This document shows, one piece after another, positions 20,373 to 29,414 of a DNA stretch of 43,507 bases. How positions within the stretch are numbered: the first letter of the stretch is position 1; each line of letters opens with the position of its first letter. The position numbers and the translations under genes were made by a program. This DNA comes from a virus (lineage: Duplodnaviria; Caudoviricetes). The stretch spans positions 1 to 43,507 of the IMG/VR virus record IMGVR_UViG_3300046738_000007; one strand, written 5' to 3'. Under the pieces are notes generated by a model that searched no databases, was not told where the DNA came from, and saw only the letters and a list, made by a program, of their open reading frames with translations.

Positions 20373-21796
20373 TGGCTCACAACTACTCGAACACTGCATC
20401 GACCGCGCAGCTTGACGCGCCGCTCAACTCCAGCTCTAACGTCTTTCAGGTTACCGGCCTGACCGGGTACCCGGCCGCGCCGTTTTTCGTGCTGATGGAC
20501 CGGGACACGTCGTCGGCCGAGCTGATGGAGGTGACGCAGGTTGCCGGCTCGACGCTGACCGCTACGCGCGGTGCTGGTGGTACTGCGTCTACGTCGCACG
20601 CAGCGGGTGCAACTGTCGAGCACGTGATCCCTGCTGCTGTGCCTCAGGCTGTTGAGGCGCACATCGAAGCCAGCACGAACATTCACGGTATTACTGGCGC
20701 GCTCGTGGGTGCAGACGACAACACCACGCTGACCAACAAGACTTACCGCGGCGCTGGTCGCCACGTTTATTCCGACACGCTGCCTGCTAGTCCTGCGGCT
20801 GGGTTTATTGTCGAGGCTGATTCGTCGATCTCGCGTGACGGGTTTGTTGCTGCGGGCGTGGGTGCTAACGCTGACCGGTCCGGGTTTCTGCTGACGCAGT
20901 CGGGTGCCGAGCGGTTCAAGGCCAGGTACGACGGAACTGTTCAGGTCAATCCGTCGGGTGCCAGCTCGCACCCTGCTGTTGAGGTGACCGGTACTGTTGT
21001 CGCCGAGGATCTGACGGTGAACAACGACGTGTCCGTACTGGGTCAGCTCTCGGTTATCGGGGACATGTCGGCCGGGTCGTCTACTGTCGCGAACGCTAAC
21101 GTGGCGCAGCAGCTCGCGGTCACGGGTGCAAGCACGCTCGGGCAGGTCACTGCATCGGGGCTCGTCACAGCGAACAGCGGGCTGACCGTGAACAGCGGCA
21201 CCACTACTACAACCGGGCCGATCACGGTCGCTGCCGGCAACGTCACCTTGTCGGGCGCTGACGCACGCGTAGGCCTTCCTGCCAGCCCGACCGCGCTAAG
21301 CCCCGGTACGGTCACCGGCCAGATCCGCTACCGCAACAAGGCTGTTGAGGCGTGGGACCAGGCTACCGGTAACTGGTACAACCAGGGTGGCATGCTCGGT
21401 CTCGGCACTGTTTTCAATATGGCGGGTGGGCATATCACGGCTAGCCGCGCGCTGCTGTACGAGTACACGTTTAGCGGCTACGCCTCCGCAGCCCCGTACA
21501 ACGTTATGGTTCAGGGCCAGTGCGAGGTCAACAACGCTACCGGCGGTTCCCGCTGGGATCTGTTCTGCACGATCGATGACGAGAACCCCGACCCGGGCGG
21601 CGCTAACGTGCTTGCTGTCGGTGTCGGCAACGGCTTCACCCAGACTGGCACCGGAGTTTCCGCTAGGCTGCAAGGCGCGCACACGTTCCGGCTTGTGCTC
21701 GAACGCACCGTAGGCGGGGGCGGGGAGTCGTGTGACGTCACTGCGTTCAACCAGTCGTTTACCGTGATGGTAATCCCGTCGGGTCAGACTACGTAA
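20372..21796 (+). CDS. tail fibre / minor tail protein
   Basis: 474 aa; ELMEVT..GSTLTATRG.GGT..SHAAGATVEH N-terminal module; TLTNKT motif. Confidence 0.65.
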   Translation: MAHNYSNTASTAQLDAPLNSSSNVFQVTGLTGYPAAPFFVLMDRDTSSAELMEVTQVAGSTLTATRGAGGTASTSHAAGATVEHVIPAAVPQAVEAHIEASTNIHGITGALVGADDNTTLTNKTYRGAGRHVYSDTLPASPAAGFIVEADSSISRDGFVAAGVGANADRSGFLLTQSGAERFKARYDGTVQVNPSGASSHPAVEVTGTVVAEDLTVNNDVSVLGQLSVIGDMSAGSSTVANANVAQQLAVTGASTLGQVTASGLVTANSGLTVNSGTTTTTGPITVAAGNVTLSGADARVGLPASPTALSPGTVTGQIRYRNKAVEAWDQATGNWYNQGGMLGLGTVFNMAGGHITASRALLYEYTFSGYASAAPYNVMVQGQCEVNNATGGSRWDLFCTIDDENPDPGGANVLAVGVGNGFTQTGTGVSARLQGAHTFRLVLERTVGGGGESCDVTAFNQSFTVMVIPSGQTT

Positions 21797-23700
21797 TGGC
21801 TACATTCAACCTGCTGCCGCCTACACCGCCTGTTGTACTCGCGGGGTCGAACGCTGCTGTCGTCGATCCTGGTGACGGCTCGGGCGGTGCGGTTGTTGCG
21901 GGTGGAGTTCAGTACGACTGGCTGATCGACGGTATTCCGTTCCTGCTGTGGCCCTCCGAGGAGGATCCGTACCTACGGGACACGAAAGAAGACGTCAAAG
22001 ACCAGTTCGATTCTAGCCAGGAAGCCGGCGAACAGTCGTTTGGTTATTGGTGGCTGCGCTCTCAGGCTAGCTACCATGGCGGGGCAGGACAAGCGTACCT
22101 GGACTCGGATGCACGCGATCAGGTAAGTCGGGTACGGTACTACTCCTCGTCGGCGCTGGATCCCTTCACCGCCCAGGGGCAGGTTACGGTTAACCCTGCG
22201 TTCTCCCGCCAGGTTGTGAGCCGCCGAGGCTCTGCGCTGGTGACGTGGAATGGCGTGCCACGGCTAGCCACAGCGAGTAGTACTAACAACCAGGTGTTTA
22301 TCGCTGACATCCCCGACCTGACCAGCCAGACTACTGTAACGCTCGGCGCTAGCGGTGTGTGTCAAGCGATCACGACCGACGGGGAAAACCTGTACGTCGC
22401 GGTGAACGATCACGTCTGGAAGATCGATGATGACGGCGATGAGACAGACCTGGGTGAGATCACGTTCGTCGGTCCGGTCTCGGTCGGCTTCGCCAAGTCT
22501 CGCGTTATCCTCACTACAGGCGCCGAGGTGTGGGAAGTTGACGTCACCGGCGGCGGGGTCAACACCAAGCTGTACACCCATCCGTCGGACCACTGGCGGT
22601 ATACCGCGGTAGCTGACGGCCCGAACGGGATCTACCTGTCCGGTTACCTAGGTCCACTCTCCGAGCTGGCACTGATGACGGTAGCCGATACCGGCTCTGG
22701 CCTGGAGATCGGGCCGCCTGTCGTGCAGCTCCGCACCCCGCCGTCCGAGATCATCAACGGTATTGTATTCTACCTGAATGCCTTCTTCGGTCTCGCGACG
22801 TCTAACGGTATTCGGGTTGGTCAATTTACACCTTACGGCCAACCTCAGTACGGGCCATTGCTCAATCCAGGTAGTACTACTTACTCGGTCGCAGGCTCAG
22901 GCTCACTTCTCTATTTCGGCGGGGCGAACAGGGTTTGGGCTGTCGATCTGGGTACACAGATCGCCGAAGGTCGTTATGCGTATGCTGAATACGGATCCGG
23001 GATCAACCCCGCCTCAAGCTCCGACCCACTAACCTCGATCGAGGTTGCCGTACTCGACGGGGTAGACCACCTGTTCGGGGTGCTCAACTCAGGTGCGGTG
23101 TACTTCCAGCCGGACGAGCCGGGGTACCCCGCATCAGGCACGCTGACGACGTCGTGGGCCAGGTTCGGAACTGTCGAGCCTAAGCGCCTGCACTACATTC
23201 GGGTAGAAGGCACGTTCCCTATCCCGGTGACTACCGGCCTGAGCGCTATGACGATTCGTATCGAGTCGATCGACGGGGGCAGTAAAACCTTTCAGGTTCC
23301 GGGCGGCAAAACGTTTTACGAGTTTGGCGTCAACGACTTTGCCAGCTCGGAAGCATTCCGGATTGTGTTCACTGTGACGCCCGGAACTATTATGCGGTCG
23401 TGGCAGTTCAAGGCCCGGCCCTCGCCACTCCAGTACCAAGAGTTCATTCTGCCGCTCGGGTGCTGGGATGTTGAGACTGCCGCCGACGGGCAGAACGTAG
23501 GCTATACCGGGTACGCGATAGACCGCCTTCTTAGACTAGAGGAAGCGGCCCGGTCCAACCGGATTGTCACAGCCTCGGATAAGTATGCGAACACGCAGGC
23601 TCGGGTACAGATCAGCCGCTGCCAGTTCCGACAGACTGTGATGCCCGGCCGTTCAGACCGCAGCGGGGGCAAGGTCACCCTCGTTCTAAGGTTGGTGTAA
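21796..23700 (+). CDS. tail nozzle / tail tubular protein B-like
   Basis: 634 aa, beta-rich; QFDSSQEAGEQSFGYWWLRSQASYHGGAG motif; last large virion gene. Confidence 0.55.
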   Translation: MATFNLLPPTPPVVLAGSNAAVVDPGDGSGGAVVAGGVQYDWLIDGIPFLLWPSEEDPYLRDTKEDVKDQFDSSQEAGEQSFGYWWLRSQASYHGGAGQAYLDSDARDQVSRVRYYSSSALDPFTAQGQVTVNPAFSRQVVSRRGSALVTWNGVPRLATASSTNNQVFIADIPDLTSQTTVTLGASGVCQAITTDGENLYVAVNDHVWKIDDDGDETDLGEITFVGPVSVGFAKSRVILTTGAEVWEVDVTGGGVNTKLYTHPSDHWRYTAVADGPNGIYLSGYLGPLSELALMTVADTGSGLEIGPPVVQLRTPPSEIINGIVFYLNAFFGLATSNGIRVGQFTPYGQPQYGPLLNPGSTTYSVAGSGSLLYFGGANRVWAVDLGTQIAEGRYAYAEYGSGINPASSSDPLTSIEVAVLDGVDHLFGVLNSGAVYFQPDEPGYPASGTLTTSWARFGTVEPKRLHYIRVEGTFPIPVTTGLSAMTIRIESIDGGSKTFQVPGGKTFYEFGVNDFASSEAFRIVFTVTPGTIMRSWQFKARPSPLQYQEFILPLGCWDVETAADGQNVGYTGYAIDRLLRLEEAARSNRIVTASDKYANTQARVQISRCQFRQTVMPGRSDRSGGKVTLVLRLV

Positions 23701-23924
23701 TGCCCCCGGAAGTCAGCACTATCATTCTTGTTGGTATCGGCGTCCTTATCGGATGCCTTGTTATGTCGAACCTCGCATTGCGTACGCGCGTGCGCCATCT
23801 AGAGCAGCAGATCGCAACCCTACTGAACGCACTCGGAATCGGAGTTAACCATGGCTACGCGACGCGATTGGGCGGACCTCGGGGAGCGGACGGTGAGCAC
23901 CCTGCTCCAGGCGGGACTAGTTGA
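23700..23924 (+). CDS. membrane protein (lysis cassette)
   Basis: N-terminal transmembrane helix followed by a coiled coil. Confidence 0.5.
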   Translation: MPPEVSTIILVGIGVLIGCLVMSNLALRTRVRHLEQQIATLLNALGIGVNHGYATRLGGPRGADGEHPAPGGTS

Positions 23925-24066
23925 GTCGGGGATCTTCCTGCTCGATGCGCCGCAGTGGGTACTGATTCCTGTGATCGGTGCGGTTACCGCAGTCAAGGCG
24001 TACTTTGCCCAGAAGTTTGGTAACCGCACCAGCGCAGCCTTGCCGCGTGATCTCGAACGGATCTAG
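23851..24066 (+). CDS. holin (r1t-like)
   Basis: WADLGERTVSTLLQA motif plus hydrophobic segments; SD GGAG upstream. Confidence 0.7.
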   Translation: MATRRDWADLGERTVSTLLQAGLVESGIFLLDAPQWVLIPVIGAVTAVKAYFAQKFGNRTSAALPRDLERI

Positions 24067-25151
24067 CCGAACAGCGGGATAACGTCCGCGTTGGTGTCGT
24101 CGTCCGCGAAGAACTCGAACTCGTCCATCACGTCGTCACGCGTCGCCCGCAAGCTGCTCTTCCCGATGTAGAGAAGAGTGATCTCTGGCGTCGCGTGACC
24201 CAGCATGCCCTGCACCACCACGATCGCGTTGTCAACACCAAGCGCGATAAGCGTTTCGTACATAAACCGCGCGTAGCTTCGGCGCAGAGTGTGTGACCCG
24301 ATCGTGTCGGTGTAGCGCTTGTCGCTGCGCTCGTGCTCGGGCAGCCGCTCAACAATCCGCGTCTTGATCGTGGCCCACAAGTCGTACCGCTGCTTGTACG
24401 GGTTGACCATCCCGTCGTACCCGGTGGCGCCGTTAGTCCTGAACGCAGGAAACAAGTACTCGTCACCGCGTAGCTTGCGCCCGATCACCTGCTCGTACAT
24501 CGCCAGATACGTACGCATAATCGCGGTGAGCTGACGCGTCATAGTGATGCGGTCCATGGTCCCTTCGTCCACCTTGTGGCGAACGATGCCCACCTTGCGG
24601 GCGTCGAGGTCCATGTCTTCAACCTTGATCGTCACCAACTCGGACGAGCCACGGATCAACGTCATGCAGCAGAACGCGATCAGCGCGCCGAAGTACCAGC
24701 CGCCCGGCTTGCTGAACTGCGCCTCCCACAAGTCACGCAGCCACTCACCGGTGAAGTAGCGGGCCGGCTTGGCCCGAACGTTAGTCGTCTTACCGGCGGG
24801 CACGTCTTCGCCCGTGATGTCCCACGCATCCTCGATCTTGCGGCCCCACGTGACGAACGCGCGCACGATCCCGATGTAGGTCCGCTTGGTGTTCTGCGCT
24901 TTGCCCGCGTACATCGCTCGGAGCTGCCGCCCTACCCACGCACCGTCGAGAGCAGACGCAACCAGGTTCTCCGCATCGTGCGCCTGGGCAAGGCGGTTGA
25001 GCACCGAGACCCGGATCCGGCTGGGCTTCTGGTTCTCGTCCCGCAAGTACTGAAGGTGAGCGTCCACGAACGGCTGGAGCTTGCGTCCCTGGTGCTGACG
25101 ACGACCCATCACGACCCCCTGAAAGTGCCTCTGACCAGCAAAGATACTCAC
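24063..25151 (-). CDS. int: tyrosine integrase/recombinase
   Basis: Catalytic R (IRGSSEL), K, HTLRR and LGH...Y (GHATPEITLLY). Confidence 0.9.
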   Translation of the reverse strand: MSIFAGQRHFQGVVMGRRQHQGRKLQPFVDAHLQYLRDENQKPSRIRVSVLNRLAQAHDAENLVASALDGAWVGRQLRAMYAGKAQNTKRTYIGIVRAFVTWGRKIEDAWDITGEDVPAGKTTNVRAKPARYFTGEWLRDLWEAQFSKPGGWYFGALIAFCCMTLIRGSSELVTIKVEDMDLDARKVGIVRHKVDEGTMDRITMTRQLTAIMRTYLAMYEQVIGRKLRGDEYLFPAFRTNGATGYDGMVNPYKQRYDLWATIKTRIVERLPEHERSDKRYTDTIGSHTLRRSYARFMYETLIALGVDNAIVVVQGMLGHATPEITLLYIGKSSLRATRDDVMDEFEFFADDDTNADVIPLFG

Positions 25152-25222
25152 GAGGTTCAGGCTTTACACGGTATACTGAGTGATATACGCGGGCGGTGCC
25201 TGACCTGCTGGTATGTCCTGTA

Positions 25223-25251
25223 AACCTAGAGGTCTGGGCGAGGTTCGTCAA
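25223..25251 (-). promoter_or_regulatory. SigA-like promoter for integrase
   Basis: TTGACG-17 nt-TAGGTT on the minus strand. Confidence 0.6.
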
Positions 25252-25275
25252 GCTCGGGGTTCGTCGCTCTCGGTA

Positions 25276-25304
25276 GTGACCTGCCCCGGACGGTGTGCTA
25301 GCTT
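25276..25304 (+). promoter_or_regulatory. candidate repressor promoter (extended -10)
   Basis: GTGACC-17 nt-TAGCTT with TGn extension. Confidence 0.4.
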
Positions 25305-25338
25305 GAGTTATGTCTGTCAACCTAACGGGGGAGAAGGC

Positions 25339-25782
25339 ATGACCACTACGGACACGCGCCGGACATGGAACGTCGACGAGGCGTGGGCCAGGTACAACGA
25401 GCTGAACCCGGACACGGGCACGCGCCTGCACTCGGTGCGCTCCCTGGCCCAGGAGATCGGCGTCAGCCACACCGCCGTGGCTACAGCGTTCAGGGAGAAG
25501 CGGGGTGGCCACGCACCGCGGGAAGCTCTGCTCCCGTACGAGGTGCCCAGGCACATGCACCGTTCGACCACAGGCCAGCGGCTGCGGATGCTCGCCCACC
25601 GGCACAGAGGGGACAAGCTTCCGGAGAGGGAGGCGAGAGTACTGGACCACTGGTTAGCGTCGCTCACGCCAGGTCTCGTGGTCGTGTATGACGTGCCGGA
25701 TAACGACTGGGCGTGGCGGCGTCCGCTCGCAGCGGACACGATCGTGTTCGGGATCATGACAAGCAGGCCGGACGAAGGGTAG
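25339..25782 (+). CDS. immunity repressor (L5 gp71 / cluster A-like)
   Basis: HTH SVRSLAQEIGVSHTAV followed by LLPYEVP..H.S...RLR...L..WL..L....VVVYD; divergent from int; SD GGGGAG. Confidence 0.7.
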   Translation: MTTTDTRRTWNVDEAWARYNELNPDTGTRLHSVRSLAQEIGVSHTAVATAFREKRGGHAPREALLPYEVPRHMHRSTTGQRLRMLAHRHRGDKLPEREARVLDHWLASLTPGLVVVYDVPDNDWAWRRPLAADTIVFGIMTSRPDEG

Positions 25783-25826
25783 AGTTCGCGCTGCGCCTGG
25801 CATGCGAGTGGGGCAGGCGTGAACAC

Positions 25827-25860
25827 GGAGGCCGGGGGTGGGGAACCCCCGGCTTTCTTT
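25827..25860 (+). terminator. intrinsic terminator after repressor
   Basis: GCCGGGGG/CCCCCGGC stem followed by TTTCTTT. Confidence 0.65.
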
Positions 25861-25999
25861 ATGTGGTAGCTTGCGCGGGTCATGTTGGCTCGACCCCGGC
25901 ACGACACCCCTGGCGGGGTCAGTTCGGGCTGCTACTGTGGCTGGCCCCGCCTCTATACTTGTCCGGTCTCCCGCACGCGTAGGAGCCCCAGCCGGACAG

Positions 26000-26052
26000 C
26001 AAAGAACCCTCCACCTTTTGAGGTTAGGCGCCCGGGGTGGAGGGCTTCTTTG
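26000..26052. terminator. probable bidirectional terminator
   Basis: CAAAGAA-CCCTCCACC...GGTGGAGGG-CTTCTTTG between convergent genes. Confidence 0.5.
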
Positions 26053-26095
26053 CGTTCGGGCGGTTGCAGCTAGCACCCGGGTCCCTGCCGGGCGG

Positions 26096-26470
26096 TTAAG
26101 GGATAGCCGGCGTGCCGAGCACGTTGCGAGGGATAACCCGCACCTGGCCTGAGCGCACGCGCGCAGCGAACCTGGCGGCGTCGCCGTCATCCATACCGAG
26201 CAGCTTGCCCAGCTCCCGCCCAGACAGCCCCGGCCGGTGACGGTCAGCTTGCACGACCAGGTACCCACGCTCCGCCTCGGTGAGGTTGCGGCCTACTGGT
26301 TCACCGCTCCACGCCCGGTCGAGCGCTACGTCGTCGAGGTGTTGGCACGCGAGCTCGGACCGCGGCTTGCCTGTCTTCTTGACCTGCTCCCTGTACGCCC
26401 GCTGGGTGCACGACCGGCACTTGCCGCTGACCGGGTAGAAGCTGGGGCGCCCGCACTTACACACGTTCAC
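26096..26470 (-). CDS. Zn-finger + HTH DNA-binding protein
   Basis: CKC..CRSC, then DVALDRA...LTEAER...GLSGRELGKLLG. Confidence 0.6.
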   Translation of the reverse strand: MNVCKCGRPSFYPVSGKCRSCTQRAYREQVKKTGKPRSELACQHLDDVALDRAWSGEPVGRNLTEAERGYLVVQADRHRPGLSGRELGKLLGMDDGDAARFAARVRSGQVRVIPRNVLGTPAIP

Positions 26471-26571
26471 ACAACCTCCGTCTTGCTTGGGTTTCCAATG
26501 CTACACCGCACGTGAAGCGCCTGCGCCAGGCTCGTAGGGTGATCTTCGGACTCTAGGTTTGGGGGAGCTGC

Positions 26572-26820
26572 ATGCGGGTACCGGGGCGTCCGGTCATCAG
26601 GTTCAGCACGTCACCACCACCGGTCAGGCCGCCGTGTACGGGTCGCTGGAGAGAGTGGGAGGAGGGCCAGCCGGAGGCGATCGAGGCGTGCGGGTACTGC
26701 CCTGCTCGGGGGTGGTGTGCTAGCGAAGCGGAAGCGGTACTAGACGCGGGCTACGCCTTGACGGGTGTGTGGCACGGCCGCCTCTACAGTGACCAGACGG
26801 CAAGCGCGGGGGTGGGCTAG
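26572..26820 (+). CDS. whiB: WhiB-family transcription factor
   Basis: C-x17-CxxCP-x4-C and GVWHG (a variant of GVWGG). Confidence 0.65.
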   Translation: MRVPGRPVIRFSTSPPPVRPPCTGRWREWEEGQPEAIEACGYCPARGWCASEAEAVLDAGYALTGVWHGRLYSDQTASAGVG

Positions 26821-27021
26821 ATGGGTCGCAGGTTCAACGGCTGGTTCGCTGTGTGGTTCGACCACGACGGGGTGGTGCAGCGTGCGCAGCTACCCGACGG
26901 TCACACCGACGCTGACTACGACGTGATGCGCAGAGTCACCGACATGATCCCGCGCGTAGTCACTGCGTCCGAGGCGGCAACGGACTACATCGAGAAGCCG
27001 TCTGCGTGGTTCCGCCCGTGA
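26821..27021 (+). CDS. hypothetical protein
   Basis: ORF abutting its neighbours. Confidence 0.5.
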   Translation: MGRRFNGWFAVWFDHDGVVQRAQLPDGHTDADYDVMRRVTDMIPRVVTASEAATDYIEKPSAWFRP

Positions 27022-27239
27022 AGCTGCGCACTGGCCGAGAGAACGGCCGCACGATCTACATCCAGCGTGGCGACGAGCCCGCCAAGACTGACCCGATGGT
27101 CGCCACCGCAGACACGGCACCGCTAGCGGCCCGGCTGGTGGAGGCGTTCAACCAGGTGAACCCGGATGCGGATACCTGGTTCGCTACCCAGATCGTCATC
27201 TATGGACTGGACGTGTTCCGACAGGCGCCCAATGACTGA
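27018..27239 (+). CDS. hypothetical protein
   Basis: GTGA overlap; LRTGRENGRTIY motif. Confidence 0.55.
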   Translation: MKLRTGRENGRTIYIQRGDEPAKTDPMVATADTAPLAARLVEAFNQVNPDADTWFATQIVIYGLDVFRQAPND

Positions 27240-28026
27240 CCTGGTCCTGTCGCCTAGCCGTGGCAGCAAGTACTTGCAGTGCGGTGTTGCTTACGACCTG
27301 CACTACAACAAGAAGGTTCCGCAGGTTCCGCGGGTCTCCACGATCGGGGGCAACGCGTTCCACGACTACGTCGAGGCGTACGAGTACTACCGCCTGGCCC
27401 CTGTCGACGAGCCGATGGACTTCGCCTCCTACTTTTACGCGCGCGTCGAGGAGCAGGAACTTAAGAGCGGGGTCAAGCGCGAAGACTTCAAGACCAGCGG
27501 ACGCAAGACCAAGGCACTCCCGAACGGCGAAGACCTCACGTACTGGGCCGAGGTGCTGGGTCCCGACCTGACTGCGCAGTACGAAGCGTTCGACTGGGGT
27601 GACTGGCAGGTAGCCACGGACTTGCCGCCTGACGCCGAGGGTAAAACGATCGGACTTGAGTACCACCTCGTGCTGCCTGGCCTACCGTGGCAGGGGTACG
27701 CAGACCGGATCGACATCGACCCGATGGGGAACTACCGCGTTATCGACTACAAGACCGGTAGCAAGTTGTGGAAGTCGACGCAGCTAGACGAGTACACCGA
27801 GGCGTTCCGGATCCACGGTATCCCGATCAGCTACTCAGGGTATTACAACGCCCGCAAGATGGAGCTCTCGACCAGCCCCCGCCGGTGGGACACCGCTACG
27901 TTCCTTGAGTTGACCGCGCACCAGCGGACAGGTATCGAGGCAGGGCACTTCGCACCTAACGTGGGCGACCACTGCGGCTGGTGCAACGTCGCAGATCACT
28001 GCAAGTTTAGGCCCGTGAAGTACTGA
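27232..28026 (+). CDS. Cas4/RecB-like PD-(D/E)xK exonuclease
   Basis: N-terminal LSPS..YLQC; GYADRID...VIDYKTG; C-terminal CGWC....C Fe-S ligands. Confidence 0.85.
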   Translation: MTDLVLSPSRGSKYLQCGVAYDLHYNKKVPQVPRVSTIGGNAFHDYVEAYEYYRLAPVDEPMDFASYFYARVEEQELKSGVKREDFKTSGRKTKALPNGEDLTYWAEVLGPDLTAQYEAFDWGDWQVATDLPPDAEGKTIGLEYHLVLPGLPWQGYADRIDIDPMGNYRVIDYKTGSKLWKSTQLDEYTEAFRIHGIPISYSGYYNARKMELSTSPRRWDTATFLELTAHQRTGIEAGHFAPNVGDHCGWCNVADHCKFRPVKY

Positions 28027-28050
28027 CGCTCGGCTCGTAAGTTTGCCTGC

Positions 28051-28440
28051 ATGGCAGATGGCGTTAACCGCGTGTGGATGTCCGTGGATCTGGGTTCGTT
28101 CAGTCTCGGCAAGAAGGTCAGCGTGTTTGCGGGTGGCGATACCCCCGCCGAGGTGCACGACCGGCTGAGTGGTCTGCTCGGGTCGCATGTTGTTGACGAG
28201 CTGCTCGGTAAGATTGTTGAGGCGTCGGGTGACTCGTTCGCTAACGCTGTCAACAACCTTCAGCAGGGTGGACTGGTGGGCGGCGGTACTGCTGCCCCGG
28301 CGCGTAGTGATGGGCCGGTGTGTCAGCACGGTCCCCGCGTGTACAAGAACGGGCAGTCCGCTAAGGGCCCGTGGTCTGCGTGGATGTGCTCGCTCCCTAA
28401 GGGAACGATGGGTGCATGCCCGCCCGAGTGGGTGAAGTAA
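28051..28440 (+). CDS. Zn-binding protein typically adjacent to the phage Cas4-like nuclease
   Basis: PVCQHGPRVYKNG....PWSAWMC......C. Confidence 0.6.
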   Translation: MADGVNRVWMSVDLGSFSLGKKVSVFAGGDTPAEVHDRLSGLLGSHVVDELLGKIVEASGDSFANAVNNLQQGGLVGGGTAAPARSDGPVCQHGPRVYKNGQSAKGPWSAWMCSLPKGTMGACPPEWVK

Positions 28441-28541
28441 TCAGCGGCTGGGAGATCGCGGGGTTCGTGTTCTGTTACCTCGTGGTCTCGGCTGTGTTCG
28501 GTTTGTGTGTCGCTGCTGTCCTCAAAGACAAGGACCTGTAA
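28428..28541 (+). CDS. 37-aa membrane protein
   Basis: MGEVISGWEIAGFVFCYLVVSAVFGLCVAAVLKDKDL; fills the gap and is TAATG-coupled to the next gene. Confidence 0.45.
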   Translation: MGEVISGWEIAGFVFCYLVVSAVFGLCVAAVLKDKDL

Positions 28542-28960
28542 TGAACCGTGACATCGCAAAGCGTTGGGTTGAGGCGCTGCGTTCGGGTGAGTACAAGCAG
28601 AGTCGTTCGATGCTGCGCAACAAGCACGGGTACTGCTGCCTCGGAGTGCTGTGCGAACTCGCTGTGGCTGACGGCGCGATCCCTCCTGCCGTGATCGACG
28701 AGGACGCGATCGGGTACTACAACAACACGTACACCTTGCCGCCTGTCGAGGTGAAGGAGTGGGCAGGCAACACCAGCCAGGGCTGGTATGTGAACCGGCC
28801 GCAGCACGTCGACGCCGAAGACGACTTGTGGGTGGAGCTGATCCCTGTCTCATTCCTGAACGACGCGATCGAGATGTCGTTTCCGCAGATCGCTGACCTG
28901 ATCGAGCAGACGTACGTTACGGAGGCTGTTATGACCGCGGAAGTTTCCGCTGATGCCTGA
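28541..28960 (+). CDS. conserved phage protein (WVxALRSGxY / CCLGV family), copy 1
   Basis: WVEALRSGEYKQ...CCLGVLC...LND....FPQIADLIE. Confidence 0.7.
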   Translation: MNRDIAKRWVEALRSGEYKQSRSMLRNKHGYCCLGVLCELAVADGAIPPAVIDEDAIGYYNNTYTLPPVEVKEWAGNTSQGWYVNRPQHVDAEDDLWVELIPVSFLNDAIEMSFPQIADLIEQTYVTEAVMTAEVSADA

Positions 28961-29414
28961 GGCTAAGATCATCCGCGAGTGGGTTACCGCTCTGCGTTCG
29001 GGTGAGTACCAGCAGGCGCGCAACACGCTGCACCGCATCGAGGCCAACCCGGGCGCGGTCGACGAGGCGCAGCGCACCGAGGGTATGTGCTGCCTTGGCG
29101 TGCTGTGCGACCTCGCCGTAAAGGCGGGTGTTATCCCTGAGCCGGGGATCATCGGTCACGCCGCCGAGCAGAACGGACGGTACGCAGAGTACGAAGGCGA
29201 CTGCGCATTCCTGCCGGAGACGGTGAGGTACTGGGCCGGGCTGGCCGAGGTTGCGCCGCGCGTGAATGTTCCGACCGAGGGTATCGACGGTGTGGACTAC
29301 GAGAGCCGCAATCTTCCTGACCTGAACGACCTGGAAGGTTACGGGTTCGACCAGATCGCCGACCTGATCGAGGGGACTTGGCTTGCTGACTCTGACGCAG
29401 GCCAGCCGGCTTAA
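28953..29414 (+). CDS. conserved phage protein (WVxALRSGxY / CCLGV family), copy 2
   Basis: WVTALRSGEYQQ...CCLGVLC...LND....FDQIADLIE. Confidence 0.7.
   Translation: MPEAKIIREWVTALRSGEYQQARNTLHRIEANPGAVDEAQRTEGMCCLGVLCDLAVKAGVIPEPGIIGHAAEQNGRYAEYEGDCAFLPETVRYWAGLAEVAPRVNVPTEGIDGVDYESRNLPDLNDLEGYGFDQIADLIEGTWLADSDAGQPA

Noticed and set aside
21783-21800. Possible third copy of the bridge hairpin (ACTACGTA at a stop-start junction)
   Set aside because: Only 8 nt are shared, the 4-bp stem is weak and there is no mini-ORF.
209-23798. Long antisense and alternate-frame ORFs (e.g. 209-1465, 14476-15849)
   Set aside because: They are shadows of GC-rich coding genes, with no SD, motifs or operon logic.
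25160-25192. dif-like or integrase core site
   Set aside because: Only a weak TATA..TATA symmetry; insufficient match to call.
27232-28026. CRISPR-Cas system
   Set aside because: This is a solo Cas4-like phage nuclease; no repeat-spacer array or other cas genes were seen.
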